A stretch of 52,865 nt of DNA from positions 1-52,865 of the IMG/VR virus record IMGVR_UViG_3300017785_005555; one strand, given 5' to 3'. The notes below the pieces were generated by a model. The model made no database searches. It was not told the DNA's origin and saw only the letters and a list, made by a program, of their open reading frames with translations. Position numbers and translations under genes: made by a program. This document shows positions 17,803 to 25,987 of the stretch, in pieces (position 1 is the stretch's first letter; each line of letters opens with the position of its first letter). This DNA is from a virus (Duplodnaviria > Caudoviricetes).

Positions 17803-17858
17803 GCTCGGGCTTGGGACCGAGCCGCCGCATTGAGCAGGTTGAACCTGCCCCCTCTGCG
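17803..17858 (-). ncRNA. Twister ribozyme, circularly permuted (P5-type-like), copy 2
   Basis: RNA CGCA-GA-GGG-[GGCAGG/CCUGCU hairpin]-C^AA-UGCG-GC-G-GCUCGG-UCCC-AA-GC-CCGAGC; core identical to copy 1, stems differ with compensatory changes. Confidence 0.88.
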
Positions 17859-17859
17859 A

Positions 17860-18123
17860 TTAGAGACGCTGCCCCGCGGGCTGGATGCGCCCGGCTTGTA
17901 GCAAGGCCCGAGCGGTACGCCCGAAGAACCCCTGGAGAGTCCAGGCCGCGCCGGTGTCCACCAGGAGCTGCCACGCGGCCAGCACCTCCTCCTCGGTGCC
18001 GTCGGTCGCGCCCTCTGCGAGCATCACGGCGTCGAAGAGATCCAGGGTGGGCGCGGAGGTGGTAGCTTCATTGTCGGTGCTCATGGCGGGCGCGGAGGTG
18101 GTAGCTTCATTGTCGGTGCTCAT
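17860..18123 (-). CDS. Small phage early protein (WQ.LVDTG.AW.LQGFFGR) with a duplicated N-terminus
   Basis: SD AAAGGAG; MSTDNEATTSAP occurs twice. Confidence 0.8.
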   Translation of the reverse strand: MSTDNEATTSAPAMSTDNEATTSAPTLDLFDAVMLAEGATDGTEEEVLAAWQLLVDTGAAWTLQGFFGRTARALLQAGRIQPAGQRL

Positions 18124-18130
18124 GGCGGGC
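18049..18130. repeat. 39-bp exact tandem duplication including the start codon
   Basis: gggcgcggaggtggtagcttcattgtcggtgctcatggc occurs twice. Confidence 0.9.
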
Positions 18131-18134
18131 TCCT

Positions 18135-18356
18135 TTAGGTGAGGCGGGTGGCGATGAAGGTGTAGCCGCGGACGCGGGCAGCGTGGGGTGCTTCGTGCGG
18201 CATGGTGTAGGGGTAGGGGATGTCGAAGCCGACGGGGACGAAGCGACCGAGCCAGAAGGGGCGGGGGGCGCCGCGTCCGACGTAGACCTCGGCGGTAGCG
18301 CGGGCGGGGACTTCAACCTCCAGCCAGTAGCCGGTGGTGGGGCGGGGAAGGGGCAT
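18135..18356 (-). CDS. Hypothetical protein
   Basis: MPLPRPTTGYWLEV..., SD GGAG, 73 aa. Confidence 0.6.
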   Translation of the reverse strand: MPLPRPTTGYWLEVEVPARATAEVYVGRGAPRPFWLGRFVPVGFDIPYPYTMPHEAPHAARVRGYTFIATRLT

Positions 18357-18387
18357 CAGGTCTCCAGGTGGTGATGGTCGGGGAAGG

Positions 18388-18880
18388 AAGCAGTCAGGGG
18401 AGTCGAACCCCTCGTTGCTGCACACTCGGGGATTGGCGGACCAACGCCTATCGCCTCATGTTGGTCGCAGCTCCGGCGCCAAGCTCCTGCATGTGAACGA
18501 CGGCGTGAGCCTTGTAACTCACGCGGGCATTACGAAGTTCTCTCTTAGTCAGGCTAATATGAGAACCCCGTACTCTGCAACCGTCAGGTCCAGAATGTCC
18601 CCATCTTAGGGGTAAGTCGGGGGCCAGGGTTGTCTGCCCGGCCGGCGCGGCGGAAGCCCGCGCTCGTATCACTGACCACTGGCTTGGGGGTGATGTCAAC
18701 CAGGGCCGAGGCCCCGTCCCCTCGGGCGCCGCCGCCCTTGGTGAAGTCAACATCGCCCGCTGGGCCCGGCTTAGCAACAACTTCCTTAGCCTCCTCGTAT
18801 GAACTGTAGGCAAACTCACAGATGCCCTCGCGCTCGGGCCTGTAGCCGGGCACGCTCGCGGTTACGACGGCTCAACTGCT
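18388..18880 (-). ncRNA. Candidate ~490-nt structured ncRNA closed by a tRNA-like domain
   Basis: 5' AGCAGUU pairs with 3' GACUGCU, which directly follows the T-arm AGGGG-UUCGACU-CCCCU; many internal hairpins; CATAAT -10 at 18891-18896; no credible ORF. Confidence 0.65.
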
Positions 18881-18904
18881 GATAAGGGCCATTATGTAAA
18901 GTAA

Positions 18905-18983
18905 GGTGTTGGTTCTGCCTGTAAGTGCAGGTAGAACCTCGGGAAGCGGACTCACGACGGTGTTCCGTTTGGCCTGTAAGTGC
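18905..18983. repeat. Direct repeat GCCTGTAAGTGC (x2), each preceded by GGTGTT
   Basis: Copies at 18917-18928 and 18972-18983, 55 bp apart. Confidence 0.7.
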
Positions 18984-19490
18984 CCGGAATCACTACGATA
19001 ATCTTTCCAGCGGCCCCGTCGTGACCGGGCTCCGGCCCTGGCGGCGCCGCCGTGAACAGCTTCTGCCCACGTTCGGCACCCGGCCCCGCCGCTCGACGAG
19101 CTGCCCGGCGGCACGGAACTTGCAAGGGGCCCAGCACCCCGTCCGTAGCGAAGAACTTCCTTGGCACGGCTCTTGCTACACGCGCGCGCGCCCGGAACAA
19201 TGCTGCGTCCGCCGACCTCGGGGCCGGACCCCGAACGGGAATAACCAAGGAAGTACGCCCACTTGGGTTTTTAGAGCATGGCCGCGTCACGACGCAGCCG
19301 ACCTCGCGCAGGGCCCCTGGGAAGCTCCAGGAGCGCGACGGCGATTCGAGGTACCCCCACGTACGGCTCCAGGCGCCCAGCGCGCTCCTGGTGAATCCAA
19401 GCGTTCCTGCACTTGCGACGAACCCCCCTACTTCCGACCAGCCGGTCAGTCTGCCTGCCCGTCCCCCTGGTCCGGCCCGCCCCTCTCCTC

Positions 19491-19563
19491 GGGGACCGGC
19501 GCCGCCCTCCGCGGGGAGGAGGGGGACCGGCGCCGCCCTCCGCGGGGAGGAGGGGGACCGGCG
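19491..19563. repeat. 31-bp GC-rich tandem repeat (~2.3 copies)
   Basis: ggggaccggcgccgccctccgcggggaggag. Confidence 0.9.
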
Positions 19564-19882
19564 GAGGGGCTGCTCGGCCACCAGGAGAGGGCCACCACCA
19601 GGGGCAGGCCACCAGGGTGGCGGCGGGGGCGGGGACGACGGCGGCGACGGGGGGCTCCCCACCTGGGCGACCTGGAGGGGGGTTCCGTGTGCCCTCGAAA
19701 CTCTTAGTAGTTTATATCAAAGTTAGACTGTTATGACTTCTATTCTACGAGGCGGGGGCCCGATGTCCTTGACCAGGACCCTGATCCGGGCTCTTTGTTT
19801 GTTGAGCGCGCGACCGAAGTTCTCACTCGTATCACTTGATACATAGCAGAGATAGCGGTAGGATCGGGGCGTGAGGTATACG

Positions 19883-20113
19883 ATGATTCTGTCCTTGATC
19901 TTGACCCTGCTCGCGTGCGCGCCCTCGGACCAGCCCACCGAGAACGGAGAGTGCGCGCTGTACGTGGACCCGTCCGTCACCATGGTAGATGGCGTGCTCG
20001 CGCCGGAAGCCTGCTACGAGCACACGGACGACGGCGTGGACTACTCGCTCTGCTGCCCCAAGGGCTGGAAGCCGGTCGGGCTCACGCAGGCCGGGGAGGT
20101 CGTGTGCCTGTAG
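19883..20113 (+). CDS. Small Cys-rich lipoprotein
   Basis: MILSLILTLLA-C lipobox; five further Cys; SD GAGG. Confidence 0.7.
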   Translation: MILSLILTLLACAPSDQPTENGECALYVDPSVTMVDGVLAPEACYEHTDDGVDYSLCCPKGWKPVGLTQAGEVVCL

Positions 20114-20183
20114 AGGGTGCGCCTCCGGTCGAGCCTCCGGCGCAGCTCCCCTTGGCGAAGGGGCCCGACTAACTCTTTAGGGG

Positions 20184-20213
20184 TTGCGCCTCGGGCGGAA
20201 CCGGTGATACGAT
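20184..20213 (+). promoter_or_regulatory. Sigma70-like promoter, probably giving a leaderless mRNA
   Basis: TTGCGC-N18-TACGAT with extended TG; ATG 7 nt after the -10. Confidence 0.55.
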
Positions 20214-20220
20214 GCGAGCC

Positions 20221-20856
20221 ATGGCCTCGCTCGTGTACAAGACGGTCGCCCCCCTGCCCGGTATCGACCGGCAGGTGGTGGTCGTGCCCGGTCACGCCGA
20301 GTCCGTCACCATCGGCGACCGGGGTGAACCCGCCGTCGAGGGGGAGTACATCATCGAGACCCGCGAGTCTCGGCGGCGCAACCGCATCGTCGCCCTGGTC
20401 GGCCAGGGGTGGGCGTACGAGAACATCGTCAAGAAGGTCTGCGCGGAGTTCGGGTGCCAGCGCGGGTCGATCGAGAAGGACATCGAGGCTCTCGGGGAAG
20501 TTGTTCGCAAGCTGAACGACTCCGAAGACCTGATGGACCTGACGATGGCCGACGCCATCCAGAAGCTCCGCCGGCTCATGGCGGTGAACTTCAAGAACGC
20601 CACCATGACGATCGACCCTGACGGGCTCGACGGCAAGACCGTGGAGGCCCTGTTCAAGGCGCAGATCAACGCGTCCAAGGAAGCCCGTGGGGCGGCCGAG
20701 ACGCTTACGAAGATCTTCGGTGTCCGCTCGAAGCGGTGGACGCCGAAGCAGCAGATCGAGGTCACTCCCGTCGTTGGCGGAACGACGGAGCAGCAGGACG
20801 CCGTTCGTCGGCTTCTTGGTGAAGAAGACATTCCGCGTATTGAGGAACAGCCGTGA
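20221..20856 (+). CDS. Putative terminase small subunit (HTH)
   Basis: RRNRIVALVGQGWAYENIVKKVCAEFGCQRGSIEKDI is HTH-like, followed by helices; lies upstream of TerL. Confidence 0.55.
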   Translation: MASLVYKTVAPLPGIDRQVVVVPGHAESVTIGDRGEPAVEGEYIIETRESRRRNRIVALVGQGWAYENIVKKVCAEFGCQRGSIEKDIEALGEVVRKLNDSEDLMDLTMADAIQKLRRLMAVNFKNATMTIDPDGLDGKTVEALFKAQINASKEARGAAETLTKIFGVRSKRWTPKQQIEVTPVVGGTTEQQDAVRRLLGEEDIPRIEEQP

Positions 20857-21527
20857 TGCCCGTATCCATCGAACTCTTGAACAAGACGTACGCCGACCTC
20901 TTTGGTCCCAAGGGCTGCTTCTGCCAGAAGCAGCCCGTCGCGGTTCCGCTCGACGTGTCCGTGGCGTGGGACCCGGCGCTGCCGGGCAAGGACACGTCCG
21001 TGCTGTACATCATCGACACGAGCAAGATCGCGTTCGATCACGGCGGCGCCATCAAGATCCTGTCCTCGTACCCCCGCGCCAAGCTGGTGGAGCGGCTGGC
21101 AGGGCCGCAGCCCCAGATCGTCCACTTCTCCGAGGTGGGCGCGGACGGCATCGACATGCCGCGCGCGCTGCGCGAGTTCGCCAAGCACCTGTACGTCAAG
21201 CCGATCACCATCCCCGCGTCCGAGATGATGGCGGGGCTCGGGGTCACGAGCATGTCCGACAAGGACCAGCTCTTCCAGCTCGGGTGGCGGAACAAGTACG
21301 GCAACCTGGACGACACGTTTGCCACGAAGCACACCCGTGACTTCCGCGAGATGTACCGCCGGCTCCTGGGCCTTGGCGCTACCCCCGGCAAGCCGCTCGG
21401 CATCTACGGGGACAAGTACCCGCGCGCGTTCGGCGGCATGAAGGGGTTCACCCCCTACACCGCGTCCACCCCCGGCCGCGCCCTCGGTGCCTACCCCGGC
21501 CCGCTGCGCAGCGCGGTGCGCTCGTGA
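20856..21527 (+). CDS. Hypothetical protein
   Basis: ~223 aa, GC3-biased, coupled to the upstream stop. Confidence 0.75.
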   Translation: MPVSIELLNKTYADLFGPKGCFCQKQPVAVPLDVSVAWDPALPGKDTSVLYIIDTSKIAFDHGGAIKILSSYPRAKLVERLAGPQPQIVHFSEVGADGIDMPRALREFAKHLYVKPITIPASEMMAGLGVTSMSDKDQLFQLGWRNKYGNLDDTFATKHTRDFREMYRRLLGLGATPGKPLGIYGDKYPRAFGGMKGFTPYTASTPGRALGAYPGPLRSAVRS

Positions 21528-21688
21528 GGCAGCGCATCGGCTTCCTTCTGCACCACACCCTGGCCCACGGGCTGATGGGCCTGGGAGCCCTCGGGCTGCG
21601 CCGGGTCGCTCGCGCGGGCGCCGTCCTCCACACCATGACCGAGAACCACGCCGAGCACGATTACGCCGGTGAAATGGAGACCCCATGA
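21524..21688 (+). CDS. Small His-rich protein (54 aa), not in the ORF track
   Basis: MRQRIGFLLHHTLAHGLMGLGALGLRRVARAGAVLHTMTENHAEHDYAGEMETP; GTGA and ATGA overlaps fill the gap exactly. Confidence 0.6.
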   Translation: MRQRIGFLLHHTLAHGLMGLGALGLRRVARAGAVLHTMTENHAEHDYAGEMETP

Positions 21689-22059
21689 ACGAGAGCCCCG
21701 TCCCGGAGAGCAAGCACCGGCAGGTGCTGGCCGACGATCTGGAGGTGCCCGTGGAGACGCTGGGCACCCTGTCCTGCGCCGTGGAGGACTGCCACACGGC
21801 GGCCACCCTGCGCCCCGTCTTCCTCGTCCCCGTTCGCAACGCGGGGGGCCCCGTCGAGCAGGCCGAGGTGTCCATGCCCCAGCTCGTGGTCTGCGCCGAG
21901 CACGTCTCCCAGGACCCCCTGGAGTACGTCGGCGAGGAGGGGATCATCCACTTCTACCGGGTCCTGGAGGCAGGGGGGCAGAAGCCCATCTCCTCGCGCC
22001 CGGTCCTGCTCCGCCACGACGCCATCGGTGGCGAAGATGCCGTCGGAGGTGAGTCGTGA
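21685..22059 (+). CDS. Hypothetical protein
   Basis: SD GGAG; C....C...C..H possible metal site. Confidence 0.7.
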   Translation: MNESPVPESKHRQVLADDLEVPVETLGTLSCAVEDCHTAATLRPVFLVPVRNAGGPVEQAEVSMPQLVVCAEHVSQDPLEYVGEEGIIHFYRVLEAGGQKPISSRPVLLRHDAIGGEDAVGGES

Positions 22060-22107
22060 TGTACCACGCTTTCCTGGCCGCACGGCGTCGCATGAAGTAG
22101 AGGTTCT

Positions 22108-23742
22108 ATGCCGGTTGCAGCCATCCCCCTCAACGCAGAAGCGGTCGCGAACGCCAAGGCGTACCCCGACCGCTTTGTCCAGGCGTGCCGTATCGTCAAG
22201 GAGTCGGAGGAGAAGAACTCCTCCGGCGCCATGGACCAGATCGGCCTCCTCACCCTCCAGCCCCAGCAGGCCCAGGCCCTGGCGGCTGTGATCCACCACC
22301 GCTGGGTGATGGTGAGCAAGTACCGGCAGGCGAAGATCTCCACCGTGATGGCGCTCTGGTTGCTCGGCCAGATCCAGTACAACCGAGGTCTCCAGGGCGT
22401 GTTCATCGCCGAGCGGTACGAGACGGCGGAGACGGTCTGGAACCGCGCCACGTACGCCTACGAGAACCTGCCGGCCGAGATCCGCATCCCGTTGAAGGGC
22501 GGGACCACCGCTGGTAAGCGAGAACTTCGCTTCACCCACAACGGTGCGGTGCGCGTCGTGACCGGCGGCGGCAAGGCGCCCGCCATCGGGAACTCGCCCG
22601 ACGTGATGGTCGTGACCGAGTACCCCGACGTGCCGGATCCCGAGAACTTCAACCAGCACGTCTTCCCCACCGTGAACAAGCGGCCGAACGCGCGCGTCGT
22701 GTTCGAGCACACGCCCGGCCTGTTCGGCACCATCCCGCATACGATGTGGTTGAAGGCGCTCGACGGCAAGAGCCGCTTCCATCCTGTGTTCTTGAAGTGG
22801 TGGCTGGACCCGTCCGTGGTGCCGATCGACGACGACGGCAACCGGGTGGACTGCTCGACGCTCGTGCCCACTAACGAAGAACTTGCCATCATCGAGCAGC
22901 TCCCCGGCGTGACCAAGGCCGGGCTCATGTTCCGTCGTCTTGCGTTGGACACGGAGTTCGCCGGGGACGTGGACCTGTTCCGGCATAAGTACCCGTTCGA
23001 CGCCTATGACGGCTGGGTGCTCACCACCAACCCCGCGATCCCCCAGGACGCCGTGCGCTGGCTCCTGCCGATGAGCGTGGTGGTGCGGGACGACGAGGAG
23101 AAGTTCTTCGAGGACCCCGAGGAAGACGAGGATGTACCGTACATGATCACCGCCGACCCGGCTGGGTTTGGCGACACGGGGGACCCCTCGGCGTTGACGG
23201 TGTGGAACTGCTGGGACAAGCGGGAGGTCGCCTGCTGGGCGGGCCGCGAGGACCCCGGCCTGTTCGCTGACCGCATCTGGCGCTTCCAGAAGCGGTACGG
23301 GGTGGCGCGTACGCGGGTGGTCGTAGAGTCCAACAAGGGGGAGTGCGCGGCGATCCTGCGCGACCGTGGGTGCCAGAACATGCACCACACGAACGACATG
23401 CACCCCGGCTTCTACACGACGCACCAGACGAAGGTGGACGGGCGCACCGCGCTGGTGGAGCTTCTGCGCCAGGGGGAGCTGAACGTCCGCACCCGCGCGA
23501 CCCTGCACCAGATCCTCCAGTGGGACGGAGAAGGCAGGAAGAAGCGGAGCAAGACGGCGGAGGGGACGCATCATTTCGACCGCGCCATGACGTGCAGTAT
23601 CGCGGCGTACATGTTTCGGAAGCAGAACTTTGGGATGCGACCCGCGCCGCGTCGCCTCCACCGTGGTATGAGTGTGGCGTACCTCGATCACCTCTTTCCG
23701 CCGAAGCGCAAGAAGAAGGTTCTCGGGATCGCTACTGGATGA
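22108..23742 (+). CDS. terL: Terminase large subunit
   Basis: Q-motif LQPQQ, KYRQAKIST, VVTEY, FEHTPG, nuclease ADPAG, VVESN, HHFDRAM; directly upstream of the portal. Confidence 0.88.
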   Translation: MPVAAIPLNAEAVANAKAYPDRFVQACRIVKESEEKNSSGAMDQIGLLTLQPQQAQALAAVIHHRWVMVSKYRQAKISTVMALWLLGQIQYNRGLQGVFIAERYETAETVWNRATYAYENLPAEIRIPLKGGTTAGKRELRFTHNGAVRVVTGGGKAPAIGNSPDVMVVTEYPDVPDPENFNQHVFPTVNKRPNARVVFEHTPGLFGTIPHTMWLKALDGKSRFHPVFLKWWLDPSVVPIDDDGNRVDCSTLVPTNEELAIIEQLPGVTKAGLMFRRLALDTEFAGDVDLFRHKYPFDAYDGWVLTTNPAIPQDAVRWLLPMSVVVRDDEEKFFEDPEEDEDVPYMITADPAGFGDTGDPSALTVWNCWDKREVACWAGREDPGLFADRIWRFQKRYGVARTRVVVESNKGECAAILRDRGCQNMHHTNDMHPGFYTTHQTKVDGRTALVELLRQGELNVRTRATLHQILQWDGEGRKKRSKTAEGTHHFDRAMTCSIAAYMFRKQNFGMRPAPRRLHRGMSVAYLDHLFPPKRKKKVLGIATG

Positions 23743-23748
23743 GGGTGG

Positions 23749-25482
23749 ATGCGCACATCGCAGTACAGCACCACGATCGAGAAGCACCAGAAGGCTTTCG
23801 AGTCAGGGGACAAGGTTCTCTGGGACCAACTATTGCGGTACTACCAGGGGAAGTTCTACACCGAGGAGACCGGCGCGTCCGAGTCCGAGATGTTGACTAC
23901 CTCGGTGAACCTCACCTTCGCCATCACGGAAACGGCGCTTTCCACCTTGATTCCCGCCAACCCAGCCGTGACGGCGCTCGCGCGCTCCAGCGTGGACGAG
24001 GACCGAATCAGGGCGGCCGAGGCGTTCGTCAACCTCGCGCTCGACAACAGCGGCTACCGCGACGAGATGGAGCTGTTCGTCCAGGACGCCGTGATCTACG
24101 GGCGCGGGATCACGAAGACCTCCTGGTCCGTCCGTGATGATCTCCCCGTGGTGCGCGCCTGCGACCCGCGCAGCGTGTGGTTCGACCTCACGACGCGCCG
24201 CACCGGCGACATCCGCTACTGGATCGAGGCCACCGTCCTTGGCGAAGACGAGTTCAAGCAGCGGTGCGCGAACATGGACTACGCCTCGTGGGCGAACGAG
24301 GCCGAGGCCGACACCTACCCGAAGTGGATGATCGCCGACACGGGCGACGTATACAACAGGGACGAGCTGCGGAACTATCAACAGTGGGTGACGGTATACG
24401 AGGTCTACGACCTCGAAGCGAACCGCGTTGTCCACATGCTGGCCGGGCAGAAGGAGCCCGTCATGGAGGACAAGCTCGTCTACTGCCCGTACGACCTCCT
24501 GACGCTCAACCGCAACGGGAAGGACTGCCGGGGCCTCTCCGAGATCGCCCTCATCTCGCCGAATCAGGAGGAGGTGAACAACCTGCTCACCTACTGGCTC
24601 AACATCGTGCGCTCGTGCGTCCCGAAGGGGATGTTCGATCCGGCGTCGGTGGACAGCAACCAGCTCTCCGAGGCGGTCCAGGCCGGGCTCGGTACGTGGT
24701 CTCCCGTCGGCACCAAGGGCACCAAGACGCTCGCGGAGAGCATCGGCACCTTCCCCATGCCCCAGGTGCCGCCCGAGGCCCTGGCGCTGCTGGAGAAGGT
24801 CTGGAACAACATCACGATCGTGTCCGCCCTGGCGGAGGCGCAGCGCGGGCAGGTGACGGGGGCGCGCACCGCCACCGAGCTGGCCCTCATCGAGGGGCAA
24901 CTTCGCAACCGGTTGAAGAGCCGACAGACGAAGATCGACCGGGTAACCGCCTCCGTGGCGGAGAAGATGCTCCTGCTCATGCAGAAGTACAAGACGACGG
25001 ACGAAGTTCTTCGTCTGACCGGGCGCGATGGCTGGACGCCGGTGCGGCCGGGCACGTTGCGCGGGATCCGCGCTGCGTTCGACGTGGTGCCGTACTCCCC
25101 GATGGAGTCGAACCGGGCGGTGGTCCAGGAGCAGTTCAAGGAGCTTCTCCAGTTCCTCGGCTCGAACCCCAACGTGGACCAGAAGCAGCTTCTCCGCGCG
25201 ACGATCGACATCTTCGACAACCCGGCGTTGCGCCGGTACAACATCATCAAGGAAGCGGACGCGACGGTCCCGAACGCAGGCACCCCCGAGGCGCCTACGG
25301 GGGACATGCCGCCGTCCGATCCTGCCGCTATGCAGGCCGCTGCCGGCATGGTGCCCTCGGACGCGCCGCTCCCGCCCACGATGCAGAAGGTGGCCGACCT
25401 CCAGGCCAGCGCCGCTGCCCCGAACGCACCCGTCATCTCCGGCCCCGGCGTCCCTGTCGGGGTTGCACTCCCGCCGTCGTAG
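23749..25482 (+). CDS. Portal protein
   Basis: 577 aa after TerL; DAVIYGRGITK, DPRSVWFD, G...GARTATE typical of P22/podovirus-type portals. Confidence 0.88.
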   Translation: MRTSQYSTTIEKHQKAFESGDKVLWDQLLRYYQGKFYTEETGASESEMLTTSVNLTFAITETALSTLIPANPAVTALARSSVDEDRIRAAEAFVNLALDNSGYRDEMELFVQDAVIYGRGITKTSWSVRDDLPVVRACDPRSVWFDLTTRRTGDIRYWIEATVLGEDEFKQRCANMDYASWANEAEADTYPKWMIADTGDVYNRDELRNYQQWVTVYEVYDLEANRVVHMLAGQKEPVMEDKLVYCPYDLLTLNRNGKDCRGLSEIALISPNQEEVNNLLTYWLNIVRSCVPKGMFDPASVDSNQLSEAVQAGLGTWSPVGTKGTKTLAESIGTFPMPQVPPEALALLEKVWNNITIVSALAEAQRGQVTGARTATELALIEGQLRNRLKSRQTKIDRVTASVAEKMLLLMQKYKTTDEVLRLTGRDGWTPVRPGTLRGIRAAFDVVPYSPMESNRAVVQEQFKELLQFLGSNPNVDQKQLLRATIDIFDNPALRRYNIIKEADATVPNAGTPEAPTGDMPPSDPAAMQAAAGMVPSDAPLPPTMQKVADLQASAAAPNAPVISGPGVPVGVALPPS

Positions 25483-25495
25483 GGGAACAGCACCC

Positions 25496-25987
25496 ATGCC
25501 GAAGCTCGTGGACCTCATCTGCCCCGACAAACACTTCGAGTCCGACGTGTTCCTGCCCCACATCGACGCGGCGCACACCCCCTGCCCCGTCCTCGTGAAG
25601 GCACCGGGGCGGTGGGCGGGGCTGGTGGCGTGTGGCAAGCCCCGCACCGTCTCCTACATCAGTGGAGAGAGCGCGGCGGTCAAGCTCTTCACGCCGTTCT
25701 ACCACGATGGCGTCGGGATGATCAACGACCAGGGCGAGTGGGACCGGCTGCGCAACAAGCTGGCGAAGGTCCACGGCTGTAGCCCGGATGCCTTCGTCAT
25801 GGCGCGGGACTCGAAGACCGAGGCGCGCACCCTGGCGGACGAACATCGTCACCGGGCATACGTTCGGAACAAGAAGAACGGTCTCGACTCCGCACGGGTG
25901 AACGAGATCAAGGATACATCGCGCAGGTACGGCTTCAACCCACACAGCGGCAAGGTCGCCAAGCGCCGCCCCACGAAGGTCCCATGA
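25496..25987 (+). CDS. FmdB-like zinc-ribbon protein
   Basis: MP...DLICPDKH.....CP...CG; common position after the portal. Confidence 0.6.
   Translation: MPKLVDLICPDKHFESDVFLPHIDAAHTPCPVLVKAPGRWAGLVACGKPRTVSYISGESAAVKLFTPFYHDGVGMINDQGEWDRLRNKLAKVHGCSPDAFVMARDSKTEARTLADEHRHRAYVRNKKNGLDSARVNEIKDTSRRYGFNPHSGKVAKRRPTKVP

Noticed and set aside
18675-18695. Third twister suggested by CCCAAGC
   Set aside because: It lacks the flanking P4 stem and the AA-P2 and GAGGG elements in the right arrangement.
18388-18880. Canonical tmRNA or intron-containing tRNA
   Set aside because: No Ala identity (G3:U70), no evident tag ORF, no canonical D-arm and no group I core motifs.
18448-19736. ORFs in the ncRNA and switch region (18448-18819, 18584-18853, 18925-19707, 18952-19662, 19052-19726)
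   Set aside because: No codon bias or RBS; the low-complexity translations derive from GC-rich repeats.
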